Origin: Camelus dromedarius
Lineage: Eukaryota
Direction of reading: 5' to 3'
Assembly (NCBI RefSeq): GCF_036321535.1
Contig: NC_087462.1
Coordinates: 17,546,001 to 17,610,000 of the forward strand
Length of the DNA stretch: 64,000 bases
In this document: one piece after another, positions 47,120 through 60,609 of the stretch
How positions within the stretch are numbered: the stretch's first letter is position 1
Layout: the number at the start of each line of letters is the position of its first letter
Notes under the pieces: generated by a model
The model's database searches: none
Told to the model about the DNA's origin: nothing
What the model saw: the letters and a program-made list of their open reading frames with translations, nothing else
Translations under genes and position numbers: made by a program

Positions 47120-48569
47120 AATAGCGGCTGTCATTATAAGACGCAATCCGAGCCTTGTCTTCGGAAGCTGGCAATAACACGGGGCTTTCCACGTGAATGC
47201 CACCAGCAAGCACACCGGGCAAAGCAGAAGGGCCAGCTGACTGAGTTGGCCACGTTCACTGCCAGTGGCTCAAGAGAGCCTCGCAGAGAGGAGAGCAAGT
47301 GCTGTCGGCGAAGACCGCCCAGGGGTGTCAGACAGAGCAATGGGGCTGAAGTGGAGGGTGTTTAACAATCACCAGCACATTAGAAAGGGCTTTCCCGTCG
47401 GCTAAGTGCTTCTGACCCGCATCTCTGCTAATTCTTGCAATTACTGGAGGAGGCAAAGATTGTGATTGCCTTTTGAGGGATGAGGAAATTGAGGCTTTGA
47501 AGAGCTGTGTCCCGTCCCCTGGAGAGCATCATTAGTGAGTTCTGGGTCCAGGGTCTCTGGCTCCAAACCATCGATGTGGGTAAAGTGTCAGAGAGCAAAC
47601 GACAAGGGTCATCTGGGGCCAGACCCTGGAGGTCGGCAAAGGCCCACCAAGGAGAGTCGGGCTGTAGTGAATGAGCAACGGGAGGGAAGGAAGATCTTTC
47701 GGCAGAAGAGTCACATGATGGAGAGTCACCCTTTCCAGAGGATAAACTGGGTCGCAGTGGGCTGAGTGGCATGTGCCGTGGGGAGAGAGGCGAGGAGGAA
47801 TTCGTCCTTCATTTATTGTTCAGCTGATGCTCACTGAGCGCGGTGCTGAGCCGTGCTGCTCGCTCCATCCCCTCCCGGTGTGACTGGGAGCTTGCTGTTC
47901 TGCTCTCCCAGGCAGCAGCGGCTCCCTCCGGAGTTCTGAGGAATCCAGGATTCCTCAGTATGCCGGGGCAGGGGCTCGACGTGCCTCCCAGAAGCCCACC
48001 AGGACTTCAGCTCTCTTATCCTCCAAAGAGATCCATCTGCCAACATGGGCAAGGCTCCTGGCAGACGGCACAGCAATCATCACCTGCAAGGGCTCCCCGG
48101 AGGAATAATTAACCTATTGGAAGCTCTTGCTCCAGGGAAGAGGCTGGAGAGCGAGGATGGTTCTGAGCCACCCAAGCCTGCTTCCCCTTCCTGCTGGCTG
48201 GGATTCTGCTTAAAACGCCCACCTTTAAACGACCTACTCCCGATCCACATTTTCCCTGCACAGAGTGAGACTCCAGGAGAGAAACAGCTCATTTATGCAC
48301 TTACTCATTCAACTAATAATTATCCGACTTACTGTGGGGAGAAACGGAGGTGGGCGTGACACTGCCTTCAGGAGACGTCAGGCTGGTCCTACCTCTAGTA
48401 ATGGGGAAGCAGGAGCCTACGGGAGAACCCAGGACGAGGGGGAGGTGCTCGCTCTGCTAGCACCGACATTCAAGTTCAGCCCTGAGAGAAGAGCAAAGTC
48501 AGCCTCTGAGACCGGGCAAGAGTGGTTCAGGAGGGCAGAGAGCCTTGTGCAAAGGTGGGGAACTAAAAC

Positions 48570-48815
48570 AACAATCAACAGTGGCTAATGATGCTTAAGC
48601 CCTTATTGTGGACCATACACAATGCCAAATACCTTTTATACACTATCTCCTATATCCTTAAATACCAAACCACAAAAAAAGAATAATGACCCTTGTCAGG
48701 ATAAATCTTGCCCTAATTTTGCAGCTGAGAAATTGAGATTCAGAGAGGGTAGTTAACTTGTTCAAGGTGGCCTGTTAAAATACAGTGAAGCCAGCATTCA
48801 GATGCAAGTTATCTC
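48570..48815 (-). mobile_element. MIR SINE
   Basis: attttgcagctgagaaattgagattcagagagggtagttaacttgttcaaggt. Confidence 0.7.
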
Positions 48816-50023
48816 CCTCCGGGTCCTGAAATGGCTTAAATACGCTGTGCCTTCAGGGCCCCTCTGGCTGCACCCCCTCCAGGAAGCCTTCCCTGACTTC
48901 ATCAGCCTGTGGGGATGATCTCCTGGGACCCTCTCATCTCCACCACCACACAGGCCCTTCCTCAGTTCAGGGGTGCAGCCTCCATTCTGTTGTTCTGGTG
49001 TGTTTGTTCCCTCCTCGTTTTAATTCTCCCACCGCACCTGAAGAAATACTTGCTGATCGACCATTCTTTTGTCCCAGTGTCGTACTGATGAAATGATCTT
49101 TCTAAATGGAAAAGCCTAGTGGGTCTACCCAGGCCTCAAACTCCTGGCCAAAGGGGAGGCCTGAGTGTGTTTCAGTGTTCACGGTGTTTTCATAAATACA
49201 CAGGGATAGAGGGTTATGAGGAGTGGTAAGGTAAGAGAGCTTCAGCACAAACCATGACATTCTCTTCTGAGCTCCTAGGGCCCTGGAGAAATTCAGAGAA
49301 ATCACATTACAGTGCTCACAGGCCCTGTGGTGTGGTTTCTCTGAGAAGCATCCTTTCTGTTTGTGTCTGATTTTTGTTTAAAGGATATTCTTTCCAAGAT
49401 GGCAAACATGAAAGGAGCTATTCTGTTTATATTTGTCTGGTAACCCCCCCTAAAAAAGAAACAACAAACAAAAACGCTGCATCAGACTGAGAGCAAATTT
49501 CAAACAATGCAATGAACCTGGCCTAGCAAATAAAACCTCTGGGATCCCAAAGTTACAATTAGTTTCCTCTACACAATTAGGGATGCTTAGCCTGGGGAGG
49601 TCTGCATGGATGTGAAATTAGTCAGTTGGAACAAGGAGATTGTAATGAAGGCTGCCCCCTGGCATGAAGGTACTTGGATCCCAGTACTGGTGGATGGCAA
49701 GTCAACATCCATTAGGCCAAGACCAAAGATGGGGCCAGCTCACTCACATGCCCTTCCTGGACCACCGCCTTCCCACTCAAAGCGAGAAATCATTGCAAAG
49801 ACCTCCCAAGTTACGGTGTCCACCCCGGAGAACGAATATCCTCCAGAAGGCATGAAATCAACTTAATGAGCAGCTTAGATGCTGAAATAACCGACACACA
49901 GCTTTCCATGACCCATAACTTCCTATAAGGCCCTGTTCCCAGACTAGGTGACACGCTGACAACTGATTCTCAGTGGAGGCAGGGTGGTGTTCAGTAAAGG
50001 GAGGGGGCTTTGAAATCACTTGG

Positions 50024-50780
50024 TCATTTAGTCAATCAACATACATTTATTGAGCACCTATTGCATGTTTGTCCCATGCTAGGAACGGGGGCTACAGCGG
50101 TGAAGATCTCAATGTAATCCTGCTCTCCTGGCGTTTCCAGCTTGGTGGAGGCACCTGGAGATGAAACGACTACACGAGTAGCTCTTTAATTGTCACTGGG
50201 CTTGGTGCTACGGAAGTGAATTTATTGCACACAGAGATGTATATGGGAGCAAGGGCACAATCACAGAAGGCTTCCTGGAGGAAGGGACACCTGAGCTGGG
50301 GTTGGAAGAATGAGTGGGACCCACCCAGGTGGAGTCAGGGGAGCAGGGGAGAAGCTACTATGGGGCCGAGGGGTGGGAAGGAGTCCAGCAGGCTGGAGGG
50401 ACAGGGAGGAGGCCAGTGTGTCTGGAGCGCAGAGGCCAGGGGCGTGAGTGTGGTGATGACGCTGGGATGGAACCCAGCAGGCCTTGTAGGGTACGTAGGA
50501 GGACCTGCACTTCTGCCCTAAGAGAACAGGGGAAACCGATACAGGGTTTTTAGGCTGGAGGGTGAGGGGATCAGATGTGCATTTTGGAAAAGGGATATCA
50601 ATTCCAAATGAGTGGGACAGGGACAAGAGTGCACGAGGAGACATCCCTTAGGAGGTAGCAGTCCAGGTGAAAGGAGGTGGCAGCCTGGCCTTGGGTGGTG
50701 GCAGCAGATGACCATGGATCGACAGTGTGTTTTAGCAATATAATCAACCAGACTGATGAGATACGGGGTTGGGGGCAGGG
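50024..50780 (-). mobile_element. L2 LINE 3' region, about 750 bp
   Basis: catttattgagcacctattg...agaaggcttcctggaggaagggacacctgagctggg...ggccttgtaggg...gtccaggtgaaaggaggtggcagcctgg. Confidence 0.88.
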
Positions 50781-50909
50781 GGAGGTGGTACGCAGGATGC
50801 CATCAGCCTCACGCAGCTGGATGGGAGGTGCTGGCGTTCTCTGAGCCTGAGACATTTGAGGTGACTGGGACTGGGGAGGAAGATCACAGACATGGGAGAG
50901 GATCGCAGA

Positions 50910-51115
50910 CTGGGTACCCACCAGCTGTGTGACCTTAGGCAAGTCAAGCAGCCCTCCACGCACCTCCGTTTCCTTTTCTGACACACCTCCTTCCCTTTTC
51001 CATTTCCTTTTTTTTAACAGCTACCTTGTTGGGTTTTTTTTTAAGGATTAAACTTTGGTGTCCAGCACAGTGGCAAGTATGTAAAACACTCTAATAAATG
51101 ACAGCAGTTAGAATC
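50910..51115 (+). mobile_element. MIR SINE
   Basis: agctgtgtgaccttaggcaagtca...ctctaataaatgacagc. Confidence 0.65.
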
Positions 51116-52244
51116 ACCAGTATTTTTTCCCAAAGCAAACCATCAGAGTCACACTCAATCTCCTGATCAGAAATACCTCGGATGGAAGTTCTGATTCCCG
51201 GAGCGCACGTATACAACATGGACATAATCCTGAGGGGGGGTCCAGTCACATCACAGACATGTGGGGCTGTATGTTTATTGTATTTTCCTCCTTAGGGTGT
51301 GACAATAAAACCCTTATCCTAACAAACCAATATATCACGACAATTTTCTGACATGTTGGAGTCAACTACGTGGAGGCGGGGCCAATTTCTAATTCATACA
51401 ATTTACGGTGGTCTGTCCACCAGGAGGGTCCATGAGGTGTATTCTGGCTAAACACTGGGCAAAAAAAAAAAGCAACTACAATTTTTTGTCGGCATTTGAC
51501 TGTCAGCATGGATGGATTTTAGCACCTAACTTTAACAGAGGATGTTGGATTCTAATACCAGACATCAGTGTGTGAGGGAAAGGGGGCATTTAACAGGAAA
51601 TGGTGAGAAATGCATATGAAGTGCTTAGCACATCGCCTGGTACCTAGTAAGTGACAAATGCCTGGGGGCTTGATCGTGCTGCTGCTAATGGTGATGCTGT
51701 CGTGTTCTGGAAGAAAGTTCCGTATCTGAGTGCTGTAATTTATAAGAATGCCTTTTCAGGGCATTTAGACACTATGATATGATTTTTAATCTTCTCTCTT
51801 TATTCTGCTTTATTGCTTTCTCCATATAATAATTGGAGCAGAAACGAATCTACCCCAATGTGGGAGACAGAGATACTTGTTCAAAATCCACTGCAAGACA
51901 GGAAAAAATGTCCTCACCGGGTGTATAAAACCCTGTAGACACACGAGAATGGGGCACCTGGGGGGAGGCAGGCAAGGGACAGGGAGTGAAGGAGAATTCA
52001 AGGCAGACAAATCAGCAGCAGGTTGGGTAGAATCACCTGCCTGGGCCACAAACCTAGGCCAGCTGCAGGTGAGGGCTGGGATGGATGAGCGGGGTCTTCA
52101 GGGGTCCCTGCTGCTCTTGGGCGCCTCTCCGCATGGGACGCCAGCATCACCTGGCCCCTGAACTGCTATGTTGAAATAGGTAACTGGGAAGAGCACGAAT
52201 GTGCACCTGGCTTAGGAATTCCGGCCAGAACTGCTGTCTGGTGA

Positions 52245-52391
52245 GGAATACAGGGAAACTTGTGGATTCAGAAATTTGGAATTTTTGCGAATTCAGAAGG
52301 GCTTAAGATGATCTTAAGGGAATACAGGGAAACTTGTGGATTCAGAAATTTGGAATTTTTGCGAATTCAGAAGGGCTTAAGATGATCTAAG
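52245..52391. repeat. Exact tandem duplication, 70-bp identical unit, period 74
   Basis: 52245-52314 is identical to 52319-52388. Confidence 0.95.
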
Positions 52392-52638
52392 TATAGTCTA
52401 TGAAGGAAGGCTTGGCTGAACAATTTACTATTGCAGACACAAAGGAAACTTGGTTGCAGAAAAATCAAGCACTCAAAGCACGTCGAACAGCTTTAAGCAC
52501 TCTTCTGCAAAGAAAGCTGCCTTAAGCATCTCTATTGGTCACTATTTCACTTTAGGACATACGTAATTTTAAAAAGCAGTGAAATTGACCTTTAAAAATA
52601 AATGTTCTATAATCAAGAGCTCTCACCGGTGCATGTTA

Positions 52639-53070
52639 TAGGCATGCCTCAGAGACTGTNNNNNNNNNNNNNNNNNNNNNNNNNNNNNNNNNNNNNNNNN
52701 NNNNNNNNNNNNNNNNNNNNNNNNNNNNNNNNNNNNNNNNNNNNNNNNNNNNNNNNNNNNNNNNNNNNNNNNNNNNNNNNNNNNNNNNNNNNNNNNNNNN
52801 NNNNNNNNNNNNNNNNNNNNNNNNNNNNNNNNNNNNNNNNNNNNNNNNNNNNNNNNNNNNNNNNNNNNNNNNNNNNNNNNNNNNNNNNNNNNNNNNNNNN
52901 NNNNNNNNNNNNNNNNNNNNNNNNNNNNNNNNNNNNNNNGTAAATGCTGTTGGATAAATGGTGCTGATAAGACTTGCTCAGTGCAAGGTGACCACAGACC
53001 TTCAATTGGTGTAAAAAAAAAAAAAAAAAAAGCAGTATCTGAGAAGTGCAATAAAATGGGGGTACGCCCG
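52639..53070. mobile_element. Short Tigger1 internal-deletion derivative (Tc1/mariner MITE), 432 bp
   Basis: TIRs taggcatgcctc / ggtacgcccg. TA TSDs at 52637-52638 and 53071-53072. gacttgctcagtgcaagg...accacagaccttcaatt matches the recalled Tigger1 terminus. Confidence 0.8.
52660..52939. other. N block (280 nt) inside the Tigger1 derivative
   Basis: Run of N. Confidence 1.
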
Positions 53071-53169
53071 TATCTACCTTTATGCAAGGCACTTTGGTGT
53101 GCAAAACCGAAAGTTACGTTCAAGACCGCGTTTTATGTTGTTCGTACTATTATCTCTATGTTAATCATC

Positions 53170-53397
53170 ATAATAATAGCTGTAATTTATTAAACTCTTA
53201 CCTTGTGCTTGGCACTCTCTTAGAGCTGCTTCATACGGTACTTAATTTAACCGTATATCCTATTTTTATTCCTATTTTACAAATGAGTAAACTCGAGATT
53301 AGGGGTGAAGGTAAATAACCATGGTTACCCAAGAAGCAAATGGCAGAGATGGGATTTAAACTGGACTGGACGAACCCTGGGGTCTGTGTTCTCAGCA
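53170..53397 (-). mobile_element. MIR SINE
   Basis: attcctattttacaaatgagtaaactcgag...tggcagagatgggatttaaac. Confidence 0.8.
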
Positions 53398-54689
53398 GGT
53401 GTACTACATGGGGGAGGATAAGATAAAAGCTAAGTTAGACTGTCAGGCAATAAAGGACAAGTGTCAAATGGGATGTGGGTGATAAATGCTAACAGAGGGT
53501 AACAGCCCTCGGAGGGCGCCACTGGCTGGTCTGGTAATCACAGATTTGTTCCATTCAAGTCTTCATCTTGAAAAAGTGTGACGGCTGCCCAAGGCTTAAG
53601 AACCAGAAGACTTGAATGATGGAGTGCTTCTGGATGGTACTTCTATAGGTCTGTCATATTGAATGCCAGCTGTCACCAGTCCTCCACGCAGAGTGGTGAC
53701 TCCAGAGAAAGTAGGTGATTTCCCACTGCTGCAAACCAACGGTTAAGAAGAACCCCATCCTTGAATGTATTTACCGCTATTTATATTCAAACGACATCAC
53801 TGATAGCAAAGGAGGGGGGAAAAGAAAAGAAAAATCCCAGAATCTCCTAGACACATAAAGTTATAAAGTATTTTTATCATCTCTGTTTAAAAAAAAGAAA
53901 TGGGAGCAACTAGAGTCTTCAGATTCTTTTACAGCCTGGCCTATTTTGCAAACACCAACCATCATATTAAGGGTATCAACAGTATGAGGGTGATTTAGTC
54001 CCAACCTGGAGATGGGAAATAAACGACGAGGCAGGCTGCATTAAATCAATCCTGAAATGAATCTTCCAGATATCAAATCTGGGCTTTTCAGGACAGTTTT
54101 ATTTGCTAATAAGCCTCATAAATTGAAAGCTGCCAGTGTTGTCATGAGAGGTGTACCTTGAAAAGTATAAACGATATGAAAATGCGGGTTCGCAGCAAAG
54201 CAGACCTGGCAAAGGATGGGTTGGGCGCAGTAACGTGTGCACTGTGTTTCAGCGAAGCTCCGGCTGGGCGGCCGGTGCCTCCAGATGGAAACACTCAGGA
54301 TGCCCTGAGGACTGCTGTCATTCCGGAGTGAGTTACAGGAGCAAGTGAAACACAAGACTCTTCTATGAGAGCAAACTAGCCCACAGGGCTTGGACAGCTA
54401 AAACCTAGCCGGTTTTAACTTTTGGAAATCTCTGAAAGCTGATATTCTCGTTTCAGCCTGCAGCTCGCCTGCCTATTTGTTTTTCATTATTTTGGTTTGA
54501 GGCCTTTTGAATCACCAGGAATTTGTATACAGTCTAATTTTCTTCCACTTTTTTCTGGGCTCCCACAAAGATGGGGATGGATGTTTTTTCTCATCTCTTA
54601 TCTCCATCCAGTTTTCTAATGAATTCTAATCAGTCAGTGACCGAAATCAAAGGCATGAGGCTCATTCACCTCCCGGCAGGAAGCACACA

Positions 54690-54895
54690 GCACAGTCAAG
54701 TCAGAGCTGGGTTCAAACTCTGGCTCCACACGCTACCTACGTTAGGGCATTTCATCTTTTTGAGGCTTGCTTTTCTCAGCTGTCTAACAGGAATAAGAAG
54801 TGCTTTTCGCCGGAGCTGATTCTGGCCTGAAATGGGAAATTCTTTGTAGAGTGCTCACATAGTTCCTGGCACACAGTAAGTGCTCAGTAAACTAG
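54690..54895 (+). mobile_element. MIR SINE
   Basis: gctgggttcaaactctggctccac...gttcctggcacacagtaagtgctcagtaaa. Confidence 0.75.
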
Positions 54896-55429
54896 AGCAC
54901 CTATTGCTTCTACGTCGTACCTAAGTACCGATGCCCCGTAGGGGACACAGTTTTCTTTAGCATAAACCCGGGGTTCAAGGTTTGTTTCCAAGTGGAGAAA
55001 GGGAAATCCAGTCTCTGACTTGCCTCTTTCAGGTAAATGAGGGAAGAATTTCAGTTTTCCATGTTAAGATTCTCACCGATCCAGACACAGGAATCACAGA
55101 AAATGCACGGAATTTGGAGATGGGTAAACTGAAGGTCAAGTTACAGAGTCCTTCTGAACATAACTTTCCTCATCTGCACAACGGTAAGAATAAAAATATC
55201 TATCTTGCAGTGTTTGTCAGGATTTAATAGGATTATTTATACAAAAAGAATCTGCAAATTGTTAAGCTTTAGATCTATTTATAAAGTCTTCTTTTAGCAT
55301 CTAGCACTGGGCCTGGTACAGAGCAAGCAGTCATTTGAGAGGCAGTCAATTTTCCCTCCAATCTTCCATATCCGCATCATTTCTAGTGTAAGTAGTTGGT
55401 GTGTACAGCTGGGAGGGGGCAGGGCTAGT

Positions 55430-55815
55430 CTCCAGGGAGGTCACATGACCCAGGCTGGCCCATCTGAATAGTGCATCCCCCAGCAGCAGTGACTGGTTCA
55501 GAGATGGGCACATGACCAAGCCAGACCCAATTAGAATAAGTTCTAGAACTTTTACAGGAACTACTTGGGGGAAAAAGCTCTTTTATTTCCCTGCCAAACT
55601 CCATGTTGAAATGATAAGTGTGTAAACACTGGGAACCACCATATAGAAACAGTCCCAGTGACATTATTGAACTACTAGATCCAGCCTTGCCTGAAGCCCT
55701 TGAATTCTTAGTTTTAAGATCCAATACGTTTCCTTTCCTTTCTTCCCCCCACTTTTTTTTTCAAGCCATTTTGATTTTGGGTTCTATTACTTGCAAATGA
55801 GAATCCTGGCTATAC
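55430..55815 (+). mobile_element. MaLR LTR (MLT1J/I-like)
   Basis: ggtcacatgacccaggctggccc...gactggttcagagatgggcacatgacc...ttttgggttctattacttgcaaatgagaatcctggctatac. Confidence 0.72.
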
Positions 55816-56959
55816 TTTAAGAGTCTATATTTGTTCTGTTTACTTGTTTGCTTTTTAACCTTGGTCTAAAAGCTAGATGTGCTCTAGAGAGTAAACATTT
55901 GTACAGCATGTTGTATCTGTTTGTCTCTTTTTGGGGAAACAGGGGTATACAGAATCACTGGTCTGCAGGAATCTAGATTTCAGTCTATGCACAAACCTTT
56001 CTTGTCTAGCAAGCTGGCTTCTGCCCTAATCTTTACAGAGTACAACTGTACTCTGAATATATTCACTTCCTAAAGCTAAAGCTTTTTTGATTATTCCACA
56101 TTCTCCTTGACCTTCTGTGGGTGTTTTGAAATGCCGATCACCAAATGAGGCCATAAAGATGTTATCAGACATGAGGGGACTGACCTCCTGGTCTGGTTTT
56201 GCCTCTCAAAGTCTCTGGAGTTTTGTGGGGTCACCAGAGTCTGGGATCAGAAGGGTAAAGAGATGCCTGCTGCTAGCCAATTCTCGACTCTCGATGGTGG
56301 CTGCCTGGAGGTCAGTTTTGGGGCATGTTGGAAGTCCAAGCCAAGGCTAAGTAGAGAAGTGTGCGAAGATCCATTAGCAATGTCTGCAAGGGGCTTAGGA
56401 GGAGGAAGTGGAGGCGCTACTGCCCCTAACAGACATAAGGACCTCAGATCTACCTCCTTAAGAGTTTTAATTCTTACCAGTTCACCCATAGGCGTTTGGA
56501 GCCCCAAAAAACCAAGTTGTTAAGTGAAATCGTAAGGGATTGATCGGTAATTTACATTTTTCCACTGACGCTAATACCCAAGTCTCCAATTCCAGGACCC
56601 TCAGAAGGGACTCGGGCGTTTATTCTAGGAAGGTGACAGACTCCAGTGAATATACCAGAAGAAGAGTTTGGGGTGACCCCAAAGAACAGTTCCATGATGT
56701 TTCCTGCTCGCAAAATTTCCCTGAGTTTGGGAAGAAGGAGAAGAAAGTATTTGGCCACTAACTTAGTTGTTCAAAACTGATACCTAATTCTCATGGCAAA
56801 TGGAGGAAGAAAAGTGATCTCAGTCAACTTTGTTACTCTAAATATTCAACTACCATGAGCTGAACACATACTCTGTGTTTAAAACACTTATACAAACTGA
56901 GTTTATACGTGTAAGAATGCTAGGCTAGGAACAACAACTGTGGGTGGTAACCTCAGTTC

Positions 56960-57100
56960 GGGGACCATCTAGCAGGGTGACCATGGATTAACCTGAGTCT
57001 CAGTTTCATTATCTGTAAAATCATTATAATAATGCCTATTTACCCCCAAAGCGCTGCTGTGTGGGTCAAATGAGAAACATGGAAGTGTTCTGTAAGGCTA
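56960..57100 (+). mobile_element. MIR SINE
   Basis: ctgagtctcagtttcattatctgtaaaat...gtcaaatgagaaacat. Confidence 0.65.
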
Positions 57101-57376
57101 CGAAACATTATGCAAATACAGGGTATTATATGGGGACAATCTACATGCACACATATACACACAGCTGATGAATAATACATGAGCTCCGTGTGTCTCACAT
57201 CCACTCTGATCAATAATCTCACCTGCGTGCTCACGCAGAGCATCAGCAACAAACATCTTGGATAGTGCTCCGACAATGATGGCAGTGGCATTGAGGAACG
57301 GTGTTGAAAAAAGGAAAACAAACAGGAAACTGCTGACAGTTGCTTTAAAACACAAAACTCTATCTGAACAAAACTC

Positions 57377-57596
57377 NNNNNNNNNNNNNNNNNNNNNNNN
57401 NNNNNNNNNNNNNNNNNNNNNNNNNNNNNNNNNNNNNNNNNNNNNNNNNNNNNNNNNNNNNNNNNNNNNNNNNNNNNNNNNNNNNNNNNNNNNNNNNNNN
57501 NNNNNNNNNNNNNNNNNNNNNNNNNNNNNNNNNNNNNNNNNNNNNNNNNNNNNNNNNNNNNNNNNNNNNNNNNNNNNNNNNNNNNNNNNNNNNNNN
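57377..57596. other. N block (220 nt)
   Basis: Run of N. Confidence 1.
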
Positions 57597-60500
57597 TATT
57601 CCTACTCTTACAGCGGAGCTGGTTTGAGTCTGCCCATCCCCTCCTCTCATCACTGACAACCATTCCCAGTGATAAAGCTAAGGCTGAGGGGAGACAGTCA
57701 GATAAGCTCTGTCCTGGGGGGCAGGGGCGCTCACAGGAGGGGACTGGGATGCAGGGAATGGGAAGCGTGGTGGAGAGTCAGCTGCTCTGGGTAGACAATC
57801 TGTCTCTCTTAATAGGCTGCTTTTTGCAATAAAGAAACGCAGGCTTCGAAAGGCGTAGGTGTCTTTGCACGACGGGGAAGCACAATTAACCCAGTTGAGA
57901 AAATGGTTCTGAACAATTTTGCAGCTGCTCGGGCACTGCTTCCCTCCTCATTTTCCAATTTACCTTTCCCCCACCGAAGCGTGCCTCACTCGCCTCTCTT
58001 CTCCCCGGTGCCCTCAGACACAAAGACAAAGCCTCTTTGGGGGCCCTGGTCCCAAAACACTCTGAAAGAAAAAGGGCAGGTTGAGTCGGTGATCATGGCA
58101 TTAAGATACCAAAAGTCTCCCCTAAAAACAGAAAATTCAAATGCAGAATCACATGAAAAGAGTGCCCTCCACTTCCCAGTTTGTTCCTTGATGAGACAAA
58201 TACGGGGAAGTCTTTAGCAAGTCCGGGCTTGGCGTCCCCCAAGCTGTTTTGTACGGGGACTCGATGGCTCTTTAATATCAAATGGGCCCCACACTTGTAT
58301 CCTTAACGTAGCCTGGGCTGAAAGTGATGGCCCCAGTCTAGTAAGTCCATTTTGGTACTTGGAAGAGCCGGTACTTCCAGTCATCTAAAGGGCGCTGATA
58401 AAACAGAGGCGAGAGCCAGAACCCTCCCCGGGAGGGACCTGTGATACGGGAGGCAGGGAGGAGGAAGCCGGGAAGAGGCCCCGAGGTGGTACCCCTCTCG
58501 GGCTCAGCAGACCTGCAGCACTGACGCTTCACTCGTGCAAAGGGACCGGGAAGCCGGTAAGAGCAGCAATTTAGGTAAACGGAGCGAGACTGGGGAAACG
58601 CGCTCCCACGACCCGCAGCCACACCACCCTGACCTGTACCGGGGAGTTGTTTTAATAATTTACAACGTGCGATCTCATTCCAGGGAAGGAGGCCAAACGG
58701 AGATCAAAAGGCTTCCTGACTGGCACCCGCTATTAGGGCAAGGGAGAGGCTGACAAATTCTGGCCTCCCTCCAAGGGTCTGTCTCTCCTCTCCCGTCAGT
58801 GCGGGAGCCTCTGCCTGGGGACGGGTCCACACGCTTTCCTTCTAACACATTCTACGTCTGCTTTCAGTTATTCCAAATCTATCAACACTGAGATAGGAAA
58901 AAAAAAATCCACTGACTGCTTTAGGGCTAAACTCAGAGGCTTCCTCCCAACACATCGATCCAAACACACGCATATGTGGCTCGGGAAAGAGGCAGCCAGC
59001 GCCTTAGGAAACTCAAAACCAAGTAAAGAGAAAAGAGGGCATTGGCTCTGTCAGGCCTGGGCCAAATCTGTCTGATTTGTTCTAATCTCTGCAGCAAGTG
59101 CTTATTTTCACGATTGCATTGGAGACACGATTTTCTTCCCAGGCTAAGGCCTTGGGAGGTTCTTTGCGCACTCTTGCTAAATTCCTGGTTATAATAGTTG
59201 CATTATAATGTATTAAGTTTTACGTACTTTACTCCTGTTTTTACAGAGCTGTGAGGGAGTCCCATCTGATGAAGGGGATGAAACAGACGCTCTGAGATGT
59301 GAGACAGTTGCCCCCAATCCCCCTGGCTGTTGAGAGTCATGCTGCAGTTTGGGTGTAAGCACTGCGCACGCTGGCCCAGAAGGGCCCTGTCCCACCCCCC
59401 CTGACTTGGCAGCCTCTGCCCGAGGGCCTGAGCACCAGGAAGAGGGACGGGGCTCGATGCGGCCCAGCTCTCTCAGCTGCCCTGGCCTCCTCTTAGTGCT
59501 AGAGAGCCAGTCCTGCCCCAGGACAGTGAGCCTTGGTGGCACCATGGCTGCTAGCGTGGGGGACACTCACCCCCACCGCACAGATGCTGGCAGACAGGCC
59601 TGGTCCTTCTTTTACTGGGTCTCCCCCAGCCCCAAGGGGCAGCCACTTCCAGGGAGGGTTTTTCATGGTCCCCTATGTGCTCCCCAGTGTTGTTCACGCA
59701 GCACAACAGTGACATCCAGGGGAGAGGCTGGGTGATGGCAGGGACTCCCTGGCCCCTGCATCTTCCACGGGTTTTCGGGCTGACTTAGAAGCACACAGAC
59801 CCTGAGTCATCAGGGTCTGGGCATCTGGGGGCTTGTGGGTCCACCACCCCTTTGCAGCTTGCCCGGGGTCCTTCTGCACGGATGATCTGCCCTCCCCCCA
59901 GCCTAGCCCTCCCCCTCTCACTCCCATCTCAGCCCCAGCCTTGGACTCAACGACTCCAGCATTTAGGGATCGCATGTTTAACTTGACCTAGTTGTATATA
60001 AAGCAGCTCCTCCCCCCCAACACATCCCCATTCATGAAGTCTTTTATCATACCACCTGATGACAGAGAAGTTTCTGGAACTAAAAATAGGCCCAGTCCTT
60101 CCTGCAAAGAGAAAACTTTTCACAAACAAATGACAAATGTGCTGGGTGTCTTATTGTCACTATTACAGCTCTGTCATTTTATCGTTCATATTCATTGTGC
60201 TGTTCATTTTGGCTTGAGCTGCATTATGAAGAGTAAAAGTTGTCTATGGAAACAGGAACATTCACTGCACACAGAGAATTAGACCCTAAACACACGTGTA
60301 CACGCGCACACACACACACACAGAAATATGCAAGCATTTAAACATCTAAACAGACACCAGGGGCAATGTAAACGGAAAGGCTGGAAGAGAAATAAAACAA
60401 GAGAGAAAACAGATCCTTGCCTCTGCTGGGGCCACTTTCTGGCGGAGTGTTTGGGCTGGTGTCTGCCCATCACAGTCCATGGCCCGTGGGGCTGTCTCCA

Positions 60501-60609
60501 CAGAGAGCACTGGGGATGCCCCTCGAATCCCTCAGCTGCAGAAGAGATGCCGCCTGCAGCCTGGGCGTCGGGACTTCCCTCCCACAGCCCCTCTGCTCGC
60601 TACCTGCTT

